This document shows, in pieces, positions 29,521 through 39,271 of a stretch of DNA of 64,000 nucleotides. The notes under the pieces were generated by a model. The model was not told the origin of the DNA, searched no databases, and saw only the letters and a list, made by a program, of their open reading frames with translations. The DNA lies in sequence record LR756502.1; one strand, written 5' to 3'. Position 1 is the first letter of the stretch. Each line of letters opens with the position of its first letter. A program made the translations under genes and the position numbers.

Positions 29521-30804
29521 ATGAAGAATCTTAAATTAGAACTGTTCAACTTCAAGAAGAATCTTTCTCTTGACCAAGAAGAAGTTTCAAGAGTAATTGA
29601 GGCACATTTGAATTCATGTAATGACTTTTCTGAAAAGGCTATAGTACTTTCATTGAATGAAAGACTTAAACCATATACTTACGATGGGGACGTTAAATCC
29701 TTATTAGAAGGCCTAAATGATGATATGAAGAATTTTGAACTTGTTTATGAGTTAAAAAACTTATATTCTGTTCTTAATACTAAGAATCAAGGGGAACTTT
29801 ACAGACAACCAATAAATGTTTTGTTACAAACAATAAATCTTGAGTCAGATCAAGATAGAATGTCTAAGATACTTAATGAATTGGCTGTTTATGACTGGGT
29901 TCCTGAAATTAAGTTATTTGTTCATAATTTAACTAAATCTCCTGAGCAAAGATCTAACCTATTAAGTGGTGGTAAAGGTGAATCAATATTCACAATTGCT
30001 GAACAAGTTGAGGATGGTCACATTGCACTTGTTAAAGACTCTTGGTTTTTACTAGGTGAAAATGTTATAGAGAAAACTTTATTAGAGAATCATGTTAAAG
30101 ATGAAGAAACTCTAAGAACTATGAGAATGTTAGAAACTGCTATGAAATACGCATCTGTGTATGAAGATAGAGTTAATTTCAGAATTTCGGAATATTTAAC
30201 AATTGGTATCTCTGTTGGTAAAAAAGGAATTTATTATATAAATGATGATGAAATGAATGAAGAAACAACTCTTGAGAGTTTATTTTCTTCTCCGATAGTA
30301 CCGATAGTAAATAAAAACTTTTACCCTTTGTTAATGGAAGTATCTAAAAATATGGATAAATTTGTTGAATTAGATGTTGTAAAAAGAATATCTAATCTTG
30401 TTAACCCTTACCTTGAAGCATTCGCTTTCAATTATAAAAACAGCACATTCTTATATAGATGTGATGAAAGATATGGTAACTCATTCTTTAAATATGAATC
30501 AGCTTTAGAATTAGTAAACGAAGTTAGAAATGAACTTAACTACGACTTAACTTATTTCTATGAGAATAGATTAGATAAAGAAATCGTTTCAAGAAAAAAA
30601 CTTGAAGATAAAGAAAGAGAAATATCTCTAAAATTAGAAGATGTTAACTTTAACATTTCAAAAATTAAAGGATCAATTCAAATGATTGGTGAATCTCAAG
30701 TTCTTGTTGTTGCGTTAGGTAACCTAGAAAAGAGAAAAGTAACTTTGGATTCTGACCTTTTAGCCTTGAAAGAACTTCAATACAAAGAGAGAATTAAACT
30801 TTAA
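29521..30804 (+). CDS. Hypothetical late protein with C-terminal coiled coil
   Basis: 427-aa ORF after a late promoter. Confidence 0.6.
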   Translation: MKNLKLELFNFKKNLSLDQEEVSRVIEAHLNSCNDFSEKAIVLSLNERLKPYTYDGDVKSLLEGLNDDMKNFELVYELKNLYSVLNTKNQGELYRQPINVLLQTINLESDQDRMSKILNELAVYDWVPEIKLFVHNLTKSPEQRSNLLSGGKGESIFTIAEQVEDGHIALVKDSWFLLGENVIEKTLLENHVKDEETLRTMRMLETAMKYASVYEDRVNFRISEYLTIGISVGKKGIYYINDDEMNEETTLESLFSSPIVPIVNKNFYPLLMEVSKNMDKFVELDVVKRISNLVNPYLEAFAFNYKNSTFLYRCDERYGNSFFKYESALELVNEVRNELNYDLTYFYENRLDKEIVSRKKLEDKEREISLKLEDVNFNISKIKGSIQMIGESQVLVVALGNLEKRKVTLDSDLLALKELQYKERIKL

Positions 30805-30805
30805 T

Positions 30806-31009
30806 ATGAAACACGTAAATAAATTTTCTGAGTTTATAACAGAAGAACATAGACTTGGATACCTTGATAAAGAAGATAAAGAGCAGGTTCTTGAATTTGA
30901 ACCAAAAGAAGGAGAGTCCTTTGAAGAGGCTAAGAATAGATTACTCGGAGACTTTAAGTTTTTTTGGTCTCACTATATAAGACCAGAAGTTGAAGAAACA
31001 AAGAATTAA
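30806..31009 (+). CDS. Small protein with capsid-targeting-like N-terminus
   Basis: MKHVNKFSEFITEE, close to T4 MKTYQEFIAE. Confidence 0.6.
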   Translation: MKHVNKFSEFITEEHRLGYLDKEDKEQVLEFEPKEGESFEEAKNRLLGDFKFFWSHYIRPEVEETKN

Positions 31010-31016
31010 AAATCTA

Positions 31017-31048
31017 AATAAATCCTCAAAGAAATTTGAGGATTTATT
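31017..31048 (+). terminator. Hairpin/terminator with GAAA loop
   Basis: AATAAATCCTCAAA-GAAA-TTTGAGGATTTATT. Confidence 0.7.
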
Positions 31049-31057
31049 ATTTTAAAT

Positions 31058-31085
31058 AAACTTTTATCAATATACATCGTATAAC
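31058..31085 (+). promoter_or_regulatory. AAAC-N18-TATAAC promoter (late sigma gene)
   Basis: Same spacing as six other sites. Confidence 0.6.
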
Positions 31086-31127
31086 ATGAAAGCATGAATA
31101 ATTTATCTATAAAAATAATCAAAATGG

Positions 31128-31493
31128 ATGTACTTAAATAATAAAGATTTGTATGTAGAAGTGATAGTATCAAAAGCACAAGGGAAACTTACTAGAAGCG
31201 CTGAAAAAATGTTGGAGCTACTTGCTAAAAAGACAATAAAGAAAATGAGATATTGGTCTAATGATGATAAACTTGATTGTTACCAAAGTGGTCTTTTAGA
31301 TATGTTTCAAAACTGGTATAACTTTAATGAATATAAGAGTGTTAATGCATTTGCATACTTTACTGAAGTTTTTAAGAGAGGAATCGCTAAGGGATATAAC
31401 GAACTTTACAAGAAGAAAGGCGATAACGAACATTTAATAAAACTAATATCTATTGAGGGTTCAAATGATGGAATGGGATTACACTCATTATAA
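31128..31493 (+). CDS. gp55: Late-transcription sigma factor, T4 gp55-like
   Basis: YLNNKDLY, NFN, NAFAYFTEV. Confidence 0.85.
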   Translation: MYLNNKDLYVEVIVSKAQGKLTRSAEKMLELLAKKTIKKMRYWSNDDKLDCYQSGLLDMFQNWYNFNEYKSVNAFAYFTEVFKRGIAKGYNELYKKKGDNEHLIKLISIEGSNDGMGLHSL

Positions 31494-31494
31494 A

Positions 31495-31632
31495 ATGGAC
31501 TACAACTTCCCTAATTTTGATAAAACTATAAGTAGGTTGAATTATCAACCATCTATTTATCTGAAAAGAAATACAGTTCGTATTTATAAAATAAATAAAA
31601 TATTATCTAAACTAAAAAAGACAATCAATTGA
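31495..31632 (+). CDS. 45-aa ORF not in ORF track, carrying RIYKINKIL motif
   Basis: MDYNFPNFDKTISRLNYQPSIYLKRNTVRIYKINKILSKLKKTIN. Confidence 0.5.
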   Translation: MDYNFPNFDKTISRLNYQPSIYLKRNTVRIYKINKILSKLKKTIN

Positions 31633-31643
31633 TTGTCTTTTTT
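31614..31643. terminator. Bidirectional terminator
   Basis: AAAAAAGACAATC-AATT-GATTGTCTTTTTT. Confidence 0.85.
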
Positions 31644-31649
31644 ATATTA

Positions 31650-31967
31650 TTACTTCTTAGTTTTAGTATTTAACTTTTCCAACATATCTGGAGTAGCCAT
31701 ATTCATGTCTATTTCCTCACTTGGTTCCTTAACACCATGTAGTGTTCCTTTACCATCTACTGTTGATGCGCTAAGATTATATGTTCCAAGCTCTACATCT
31801 TGGTTTTGATTAGCTATGAACTCCATTTTATCTTCAGCTTCTTCTTGATTCTTCGCTCTAACTGTAATATCACAAGTAAATGTGTAGTAATTGTTCTCAT
31901 CTATATCAGATCCCCATTTTTCTTTAGGGTTTTGCTCATATAATTCATTGAACTTTTTGATTTTCAT
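31650..31967 (-). CDS. Hypothetical protein with capsid-targeting-like N-terminus
   Basis: MKIKKFNELYE. Confidence 0.55.
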   Translation of the reverse strand: MKIKKFNELYEQNPKEKWGSDIDENNYYTFTCDITVRAKNQEEAEDKMEFIANQNQDVELGTYNLSASTVDGKGTLHGVKEPSEEIDMNMATPDMLEKLNTKTKK

Positions 31968-32022
31968 GGTATCAATTTTATTTTTATTAACATATATATT
32001 AAAAGCAAAAACCCTTTTTTAC

Positions 32023-32051
32023 AAAAAACCCACTCGATTGAGTGGGTTTTT
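32023..32051 (-). terminator. Intrinsic terminator after glutamine synthetase
   Basis: AAAAAACCCACTC-GATT-GAGTGGGTTTTT. Confidence 0.85.
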
Positions 32052-32052
32052 G

Positions 32053-33150
32053 TTAATTTTCTATAGTCTCTTCAATGTTCGAATATACTGTTTTAAGCAT
32101 TTGATTGGCGACTAAGTATGGGTCACAATTTGAAGATGGTCTTCGGTCTTCAAAGTAACCTTTTTTATCCACAATAGACTGAGCCGGTATTCTAATACTT
32201 GTATCTCTAGTGCTGTATCCGAAGCTAAAGTCATCAATTCCTGATGTCTCATGTTCGCCAGTTAATCTTTCCTCATTATGTAGTCCATATACTTTAATAT
32301 GCGCTTTATGACTTTTTTCAAGTTTATGCATTGTACTTTCTATAATATCTATTCCGCCTTCCACTCTCATTTCTTTTGATGAGAAGTTAACATGGCATCC
32401 AGTTCCATTCCAGTCACCTCTGACTGGTTTGGGATGTATTGATACATTAACATTATGTTTTTCAGCAACCCTTTGTAGTAAATATCTTGATATCCATAGT
32501 TGATCAGCTCCTATTAATGCTGGTACTGGTCCAATTTGATATTCCCATTGTCCTAATAATACTTCAGCATTTATACCAGATATCTCTAGTCCAATTTCCA
32601 TACACACATTCATGTGTTCTTCTACGATTTCTCTACCAACAACACTATCATATCCAACTCCGCAGTAATAATCTCCTTGTGGTCTAGGATGTCCGGTTGG
32701 TCCTTGAGCAAATCCCAAAGGAATTCCATTTCCCTCACCGAAAGGAGCATTTGGTTTATGAGTTAGTGTGTATTCCTGTTCCCATCCGAACCATGGTAGG
32801 ATGTCTATTGACTGGTCTTCTGTTATTTTAAGATCTTTAACTTTTTTGGAAAGGATATGTCTATTATTACTTGCATGTGGTGTTCCATCCGGATTCAAAA
32901 CTTCACACATAACTAATCTACCATTTTTTCTAAATGGGTCTTCGGTTACAAATACCGGCTTTAATAAACAATCGGTATTATTGCCTTTACCAGACTTTGC
33001 TTGATTAGTGGAACTACCATCAAATGACCAAATTGGATAATCTTTTGGTAAAAAAGTATCCATTTTAGAAACTATTTTTGTCTTACTCCTTATCTGTTGT
33101 GGGTTGTTCCCATCTAACCAAATGTACTCTAGAGTTATTTTAGTATTCAT
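32053..33150 (-). CDS. glnII: Glutamine synthetase type II
   Basis: LEYIWLDG, WSFDGSST, WFGWEQEY, GINAEVLLGQWEYQIGP, DWNGTGCH, RLTGEHET, YFEDRRP. Confidence 0.95.
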   Translation of the reverse strand: MNTKITLEYIWLDGNNPQQIRSKTKIVSKMDTFLPKDYPIWSFDGSSTNQAKSGKGNNTDCLLKPVFVTEDPFRKNGRLVMCEVLNPDGTPHASNNRHILSKKVKDLKITEDQSIDILPWFGWEQEYTLTHKPNAPFGEGNGIPLGFAQGPTGHPRPQGDYYCGVGYDSVVGREIVEEHMNVCMEIGLEISGINAEVLLGQWEYQIGPVPALIGADQLWISRYLLQRVAEKHNVNVSIHPKPVRGDWNGTGCHVNFSSKEMRVEGGIDIIESTMHKLEKSHKAHIKVYGLHNEERLTGEHETSGIDDFSFGYSTRDTSIRIPAQSIVDKKGYFEDRRPSSNCDPYLVANQMLKTVYSNIEETIEN

Positions 33151-33169
33151 ATATTAAAGTTATTTTCGA

Positions 33170-33197
33170 ATTATATTAGTTTATGTAATATTTGTTT
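33170..33197 (-). promoter_or_regulatory. AAAC-N18-TATAAT promoter (glnII)
   Basis: Exact spacing. Confidence 0.6.
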
Positions 33198-33270
33198 ACT
33201 GTGTAGTAAAATAAATAGATTATATTAAACTTAGTCTCCATTAAATTATAAAATTATAAATATAGAATTT

Positions 33271-33582
33271 ATGAATAAGGTAATTTTGCAATTTTGGGAG
33301 GAATCTGAAAGAGGATCTGGTGTAAGACCAGATGGGTGTTCATTACATATGGATAAGTCCGCAAGACATATTTATGTTAGTAATGTATATAATAACAGAA
33401 GTGAGGAATTCATACCTAGTGAGTATGATAGAGTCGTTGGTGATCCGATTGATGCCTTTATTAGTGATGTTTTATATTCTAAAGTTAAGCTTAAGTCATC
33501 AATTCGTATTCATCAACATGAACTAAACAATCTTATGTCTATGGCGATGTTGGTAATAAGAGAAGAAAAAAATGATAAATAA
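33271..33582 (+). CDS. Hypothetical protein
   Basis: WEESERGSGVRPDGCSLH motif; 103 aa. Confidence 0.6.
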   Translation: MNKVILQFWEESERGSGVRPDGCSLHMDKSARHIYVSNVYNNRSEEFIPSEYDRVVGDPIDAFISDVLYSKVKLKSSIRIHQHELNNLMSMAMLVIREEKNDK

Positions 33583-33919
33583 CATATTTTATATACTATC
33601 TATATTATTCATATTAAATGAATTTTATTATATTAATAATAGGGCACTTTTGGATATGAAGTTCAAGGAGAGATCACTTGACTCATTTAGTAAAATGGAT
33701 GTTATCTACTATCTAATGAGAGTTCTTTCTTGGGTGTGGATAGTATGTGGTTGTTTTTCTAGTCTTCATTTTTATTTTTATACCTTGGTAGGTATTTCAT
33801 CCTTTAGATTACTTATCTACCCAATAAGTAAAATATCATATTTGATATATGATAGAATATATCCATTTATATCATTATCTATAATGTCCTTTATTCTATA
33901 TAAGTTTATTATAGGTTAA
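33572..33919 (+). CDS. Small multi-TM membrane protein
   Basis: Three to four hydrophobic segments. Confidence 0.55.
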   Translation: MINNIFYILSILFILNEFYYINNRALLDMKFKERSLDSFSKMDVIYYLMRVLSWVWIVCGCFSSLHFYFYTLVGISSFRLLIYPISKISYLIYDRIYPFISLSIMSFILYKFIIG

Positions 33920-34433
33920 ACTTCTTTAGATGTTCCTCAGTTATTATTATAAATGTATATCCCTTTTTCTCACACCATTTTATCATCGTTTCCCATTTAT
34001 TTTTGTTTTTATATGCCATTTTTAGGTCATATTCAAAGTTCTTTATTTTTTTAAGACCTTCGGGTACACTAAGTCTACCTTCGTTTAGACTTTGAACCAT
34101 TTTATACTCCTTCATTGGCTTAACCTCAGCAACAACTTGTTTTAGTACCCCGTCTGATGTCCTCATTTCATAATAAAAGTCTGGAAAGTAAGAATGTTCT
34201 TTTATTCTCGTATCCCCGTTCTCAAAATGTGTCATTTGGTATGGTATACGTAGACACTCGGCGCCCCATTTAGTTATATCTGGATTATTATCAAGCCAAG
34301 TCATTATTCTTTTTTCTAGACCAGACCTAAAGAATAGACCTCCCTGATTATTTAATTTCAGTACCTTATCCTTATATTTTGGTATAAAATTCCCTTGATG
34401 GTATTTTTTATTATTTGGTTTCGAATTTAACAT
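33909..34433 (-). CDS. gp4: Head completion nuclease gp4-like (TnsA fold)
   Basis: FRSGLE, KWGAE..IPY, YFPDFY, EVKP, N.NKW. Confidence 0.88.
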   Translation of the reverse strand: MLNSKPNNKKYHQGNFIPKYKDKVLKLNNQGGLFFRSGLEKRIMTWLDNNPDITKWGAECLRIPYQMTHFENGDTRIKEHSYFPDFYYEMRTSDGVLKQVVAEVKPMKEYKMVQSLNEGRLSVPEGLKKIKNFEYDLKMAYKNKNKWETMIKWCEKKGYTFIIITEEHLKKFNL

Positions 34434-34522
34434 ATGGTTTATTTTTTATTATTGGTCCTTATTGACTTGTAGAAATCAAATCTTAGATTCCTTTTATTTA
34501 TATATAAAATAAAAAGTTTCTC

Positions 34523-35218
34523 ATGGGTGCTCTTCAAGATAAGGTTGATCTCAGTCTACTCGTTTATGGTGATGGTGTAGCTGATAACTTTAAGAATAAC
34601 TGCCTTTTTTTATATGATAAGTATCAAAAAAGTGACAAAAGTGTAACCAGTATAAATGTTACTGATATAGAGGTTGGTGGTTTCTACTTTATTCATTACC
34701 TTGATGATTCTAATTGGATGAGATGGTCTCCTGTATTCGTATCCAATTCAAAAAAGTTTTCTAATATGGTTATATTATTTGCTATTAATTTTAACTTCAT
34801 ACCTATTGAAGTTAGAGTTGCTATATTTGATAAGTATATAAAGGAAGAAGATTTCGAAAATAATTCTCTATTAAAAGTTGATTATAAGGGTGTATATGCT
34901 GAGTTAGTAAAATTTGGTTTTGAGTATGCTTTAATGGAGTATAATCTATTGCAGGTTAAATTTGTTCATAAAATATCTATGGATATGGTTCCGAGGTTCC
35001 TGTACTCACAGCATCCTCAAAATAAATATGATCCAAATAAGTTAATGCAGATTTGGAATGCAAAGATCGGGCAGCAAGACCAAAGGCATAAAGAGATTAT
35101 GTCTTCATTGATAAGTGATTTTTATGATTTAAATGGTGAGATAAAGGACCAATATAAACTACTAAAGGATCACATTCAAAGAATACAGAAGAGTTTAAGT
35201 AAATATGGTGGTAAATAA
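34523..35218 (+). CDS. gp2: DNA end-protector gp2-like
   Basis: FYFIHY...SPVFV...AINFNFIP..VR; adjacent to gp4. Confidence 0.55.
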   Translation: MGALQDKVDLSLLVYGDGVADNFKNNCLFLYDKYQKSDKSVTSINVTDIEVGGFYFIHYLDDSNWMRWSPVFVSNSKKFSNMVILFAINFNFIPIEVRVAIFDKYIKEEDFENNSLLKVDYKGVYAELVKFGFEYALMEYNLLQVKFVHKISMDMVPRFLYSQHPQNKYDPNKLMQIWNAKIGQQDQRHKEIMSSLISDFYDLNGEIKDQYKLLKDHIQRIQKSLSKYGGK

Positions 35219-35231
35219 TAATATATAAGTT

Positions 35232-36002
35232 ATGAAATATCTATCGAAATATAATATGTTTATTGAGCAAAAGTCAATTGGGTATAATAAACAGGGATAT
35301 CTTGATTCAATTGAACTATACCATGTCGGTGATCATATATACGCTGTTAAAATATTAGATAGCCATTCTCGTGCTATGTTGTTTATGAGATCTCAAGAGT
35401 TCTATGAAAGTGCCTTTGATGAGATAATAAAGAAGCAATTCAAGACATCTAGATTTATTGATGTATATAAGCAACATTATGGTAAACAAGAATTTACATA
35501 CGGATCTGATTGGTCTGGATTTAATATACCTTCGGATGTTTTAGAGGAATGTATGTTTAATATTAATGATGATGATTTTAACACTTATGATAAAGTTATG
35601 TTATCAATTATATTAAGTATTAGAGAATTGGAGGGTGATGGTAAATATTACTTACTTGGTGTTGATGAATTATCGAATGATCTTTTGGAGCATGAGTTTG
35701 CGCATGCTATGTACTATACACTGCCTGATTATAAGTTATCTGTTAATAAATTGACATCAAGTTGTGATAGCGTTGTGAAGGATATGATGTATAAATGTAT
35801 AACAAAATATGGGTATGCTGACCATGTTCTTCCTGATGAGATGCAGGCCTATATGTCAACTGGTCTGGGTGATGAGATGGAGAAGATGAATATACCAAAC
35901 ATTGACAAGGAGATTGAAAAATATAAGGAAGTATTTAATAAGTATTATAATAATAATCTATATAAGGATCCGATAAAATTGAATATAAAATTTAATATAT
36001 AA
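35232..36002 (+). CDS. Putative zinc metallopeptidase with capsid-targeting-like N-terminus
   Basis: LLEHEFAHA (HExxH), DEMQAY; MKYLSKYNMFIE. Confidence 0.55.
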   Translation: MKYLSKYNMFIEQKSIGYNKQGYLDSIELYHVGDHIYAVKILDSHSRAMLFMRSQEFYESAFDEIIKKQFKTSRFIDVYKQHYGKQEFTYGSDWSGFNIPSDVLEECMFNINDDDFNTYDKVMLSIILSIRELEGDGKYYLLGVDELSNDLLEHEFAHAMYYTLPDYKLSVNKLTSSCDSVVKDMMYKCITKYGYADHVLPDEMQAYMSTGLGDEMEKMNIPNIDKEIEKYKEVFNKYYNNNLYKDPIKLNIKFNI

Positions 36003-36006
36003 GTAT

Positions 36007-36480
36007 ATGAAACATCTTAGAAAATTCGAAGAGTTAAATTATTCAACCTATACTAGTGCTGTTGATAAGTTAGGTCAATATGGTCAAAGGGGAAGAGCTG
36101 ATAGGATAAAAGCTCATGCTGAGGAAATGGAACTACTTCATATAAATGATATGAAGTTTGATATATTGGTTGGTGAATCAAGAACCTTTCCTGGTGCTAA
36201 ATATAGTTCAGTGCAGGTTATGAGAGAGACATCATCGAAGGCGATTCTTATGATTTTTAAATCCGGTGATAATACTCATAGAGTTTTAGCTAATATAAGT
36301 CCAGATGGTACTATTGTTTGGAGAGATTTTAATAAATTTGCAAATAGAAGGTCTGTCAATGAGTATCAAAAGGCTATAAGACTACTAGCTTCATTTAACC
36401 CAGCTGTTAAAAAACTGATAGAGGAGATGTCATTAACTCCGGAATCTTTAAATGTTGTATCTAGAACTTTCTACATCTAA
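36007..36480 (+). CDS. Hypothetical protein with capsid-targeting-like N-terminus
   Basis: MKHLRKFEEL. Confidence 0.55.
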   Translation: MKHLRKFEELNYSTYTSAVDKLGQYGQRGRADRIKAHAEEMELLHINDMKFDILVGESRTFPGAKYSSVQVMRETSSKAILMIFKSGDNTHRVLANISPDGTIVWRDFNKFANRRSVNEYQKAIRLLASFNPAVKKLIEEMSLTPESLNVVSRTFYI

Positions 36481-36544
36481 GTAATGACCACTTGGTTTGG
36501 AGGGACATTTATTTTTTAATATATATCCTAAATTTAATCTTTAA

Positions 36545-38260
36545 ATGGCTTCATATAATCCATCGGGTAACCAACAAGGAAATTTTCAAATAAACTCCTC
36601 CATAGAAAATAAAGGACTATTTAGTAGAATACTGAGAAATCTATCATCATTTGGCATGAACTATGATGATATGATTATACGAAATCAGGTTGGTGTTGGT
36701 ATAAATGAGGATCCATACGCATCAAAAGGAAATTCAATGTACGACTTCTTTAGTCAAAGAGCCGTTGCGTCTGTGCTTAACAGGAAATCAATTCCATATC
36801 TAGATAAAGCATATGGTGATAAAAGAAGAATTCTTAGAGAATATTCAATAAAGGATGAAATTAGAGATTTCGTAAGTACATTAGCAGATGAGACTGTTAT
36901 ATATGATGATGATAAAGATTTTTGTCAACCAAAGGTTTTATCAAGTGATTACTCACAGGAGATAAGAGATAAGTACCAGGAGATTTTCGAGAAAATATAT
37001 AATAAATATGGATTCTCTGATAGTATTACCGCTTGGAATATGATTAGAGACTTCTTGATTGATGGGTATGTTGCTGTTGAGATTATATTTGATGATAAAA
37101 AGAAAAATATTATAGGTTTTAATAGACTTAGACCCGAGACTCTTGTTCCGGCATATGAGCCACAAGTTGGTCACCTATGGATACAGTTTCCAGAGGATCC
37201 ACAGCTAAGAAGGATCTTTTTAGATTCTCAGATAGTTTATATTTCATATTCAACACAAAATGATTATTCTGAAACTTCTTATGTAGAAGGACTAATAAAA
37301 CCATATAACCAATTAAAGATTATTGAGCAAACAAGAATAATGTTCAATATAATCAATGCTACTGTTTATCAGAAATTTACTATTCCTATTAAAGGACTTC
37401 CTAGACAAAGAGCTGAGGAACAAATCGGTCAGTTAATACATGATTATTCAGAAGAGGTTGAGTGGGATGATAGTTTAGGTACTTTAACTATAAATGGTGC
37501 TAAACATTTACCTTATAATAAACAAGTATGGTTTCCAGAGGGAGATGGTGGTACTCCAAACATGGAGTTGGTTTCTCCTGAGGGGCATAACTTAAATGAG
37601 AGTGATATCATGACTTGGTTTTATAATGCTTTAAAGAGAGCAAGTAAAATTCCTTTTCAGAGATTTGATAAAGAGAATGGTGGTGGTAATATGTTTACTG
37701 ATGCTGCTGAAATGACAAGAGATGAAGTTAAGTTTTCAAATTTTATCAACAGGTTAAGAGCTAACTTCAAGGAACTTATTGTTAAGCCTATTAAGTTACA
37801 GATGTTAATAGAGTTTCCAGAATTAAAAGATGATGAGGTATTTACTAATCAGCTTGATATAACATTCAACTCAAACGATTTGTTTGAGGAGTGGAAAAAA
37901 ATTGGTAATATGGAGAAAAAGTCAGGTGTCTTGGGTACATTATTGGGTATTCAAACTCCGGATGGCAAGCCTTATTTTCATATTGAATATTTAATTGATC
38001 ACGTATTTAAACTATCACAAGAAGAGAAAGAAGAGAATAAGAAGTATTGGACAAAAGATGCTGCTGGGGCTGGAGCTGCTGAAGCTGGCCCAGAAGGTGG
38101 TCCAGAAGGTGGTCCTGAGATGGGTGGTCCAGAAGGTGGTCCAGAAGGTGCTCAAGGTGCTCCTGAAGCAGGTGGTGAAACTCCTCCTCCTGAAACAGGT
38201 GCTGAAACTCCTCCTCCTGAAACAGGTGGTGGTGGTGAAGGATCTGAATTTGAATTTTAA
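36545..38260 (+). CDS. gp20: Portal protein
   Basis: IDGY, LIKPYNQLKIIEQ, EGDGGT, RDEVKFSNFINRLR; Gly/Pro/Glu low-complexity tail. Confidence 0.93.
   Translation: MASYNPSGNQQGNFQINSSIENKGLFSRILRNLSSFGMNYDDMIIRNQVGVGINEDPYASKGNSMYDFFSQRAVASVLNRKSIPYLDKAYGDKRRILREYSIKDEIRDFVSTLADETVIYDDDKDFCQPKVLSSDYSQEIRDKYQEIFEKIYNKYGFSDSITAWNMIRDFLIDGYVAVEIIFDDKKKNIIGFNRLRPETLVPAYEPQVGHLWIQFPEDPQLRRIFLDSQIVYISYSTQNDYSETSYVEGLIKPYNQLKIIEQTRIMFNIINATVYQKFTIPIKGLPRQRAEEQIGQLIHDYSEEVEWDDSLGTLTINGAKHLPYNKQVWFPEGDGGTPNMELVSPEGHNLNESDIMTWFYNALKRASKIPFQRFDKENGGGNMFTDAAEMTRDEVKFSNFINRLRANFKELIVKPIKLQMLIEFPELKDDEVFTNQLDITFNSNDLFEEWKKIGNMEKKSGVLGTLLGIQTPDGKPYFHIEYLIDHVFKLSQEEKEENKKYWTKDAAGAGAAEAGPEGGPEGGPEMGGPEGGPEGAQGAPEAGGETPPPETGAETPPPETGGGGEGSEFEF
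38070..38240 (+). repeat. Portal C-terminal coding repeats (GGPE, ETPPPETG)
   Basis: GGTCCAGAAGGT and GAAACTCCTCCTCCTGAAACAGGT repeats. Confidence 0.85.
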
Positions 38261-38261
38261 T

Positions 38262-38293
38262 AAAAAATCCACTCAAATTGAGTGGATTTTTTT
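38262..38293. terminator. Bidirectional terminator
   Basis: AAAAAATCCACTC-AAATT-GAGTGGATTTTTT. Confidence 0.85.
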
Positions 38294-38714
38294 ATTCTAA
38301 GTAGAATCCTCCGTATGGTGAAATCATTCCGTTTATATATGATATTTTAAGTTGTAACTCAATATCGCTGTTTATTATATTTTCAATTATTTCCCCATTG
38401 AGCGTTTCCATTGTTTCAATAATTATTGATAATTTTTCAACAATATCATTTTTTATTATAAATGTCATTGATTTAACTTTGAATGATACCGTTGAATTAG
38501 CAGCAAAACGATCTGGTTGTCCAGTTGTTCCGTATAGAGGATTGCCTTTTACTTCCGTTATATCAAACTGGGTTCTTTTACTACTATCTAGTATGTTATT
38601 TATCAGTATATCCCTTTTGAAGGAATTGAACTCAGGCATTCTCTCCAATATTGTGTAGAATGATGAAAATTTACTTGATATATCATCTAATTGTAACTCA
38701 AATTTCTTTTCCAC
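38292..38714 (-). CDS. Hypothetical protein with internal RDILINNIL motif
   Basis: 140-aa ORF. Confidence 0.55.
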   Translation of the reverse strand: MEKKFELQLDDISSKFSSFYTILERMPEFNSFKRDILINNILDSSKRTQFDITEVKGNPLYGTTGQPDRFAANSTVSFKVKSMTFIIKNDIVEKLSIIIETMETLNGEIIENIINSDIELQLKISYINGMISPYGGFYLE

Positions 38715-39097
38715 TATTTCTTAGATATATTGTCTACTCCGTACTTTTCAATAATGGTATTCTTCATTTTTGTTAATACCTTTTTGTTCTGAATTGGGTA
38801 ATCTACTCCGTAGTTTTCTTGTAGAGATTTTTTTCTTTTAGCCTCGGAACATTTTCTACAATAGTATTCACCCCATTTATTGTCATACTTTACATAATTC
38901 TTAAATATTACTTCTTTTTCCTTATTACATCCATATCCATCACACTTACACTTTATTCTAAAGTGAGAGCCCTTTGAGAGTAATTCTATTGGAATTACAA
39001 GATCCTCACCTATAGATACATCATCATATCCCATATCTTCATAGTATTGATAATTTGACTCTGTTATTCTAATAGTTATCTCTCTTGTTAATATCAT
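38714..39097 (-). CDS. Zn-finger plus [K/N]YGV-repeat protein (homing-endonuclease accessory domain, no nuclease)
   Basis: CKCDGYGC, YCRKC, ENYGVDYP, EKYGVDN. Confidence 0.55.
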   Translation of the reverse strand: MILTREITIRITESNYQYYEDMGYDDVSIGEDLVIPIELLSKGSHFRIKCKCDGYGCNKEKEVIFKNYVKYDNKWGEYYCRKCSEAKRKKSLQENYGVDYPIQNKKVLTKMKNTIIEKYGVDNISKK

Positions 39098-39192
39098 AAA
39101 GTGTTAATTTTTGTAATTTCTTTATTTATTAAAATGTTTAGGCTTCATTTTAAATGTTTTCATGTTCGTTGTTGATACTTGGTCATGTGATG

Positions 39193-39243
39193 TCTGTAAA
39201 AAATCCACCTATATAAAAATATCATTCCACTCTACAATATATA
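39193..39243 (+). promoter_or_regulatory. Late promoter region of prohead protease
   Basis: TCTGTAAAAAATCCACC, AAAAATATCATT and AATATATA elements. Confidence 0.55.
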
Positions 39244-39271
39244 CTATACCTTAAAAAATAAGAAATTTTAA

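Noticed and set aside
39122-39186. Two tiny minus-strand uORFs (MTKYQQRT, MKTFKMKPKHFNK)
   Set aside because: No associated hairpin or repeated context; expected by chance in AT-rich DNA
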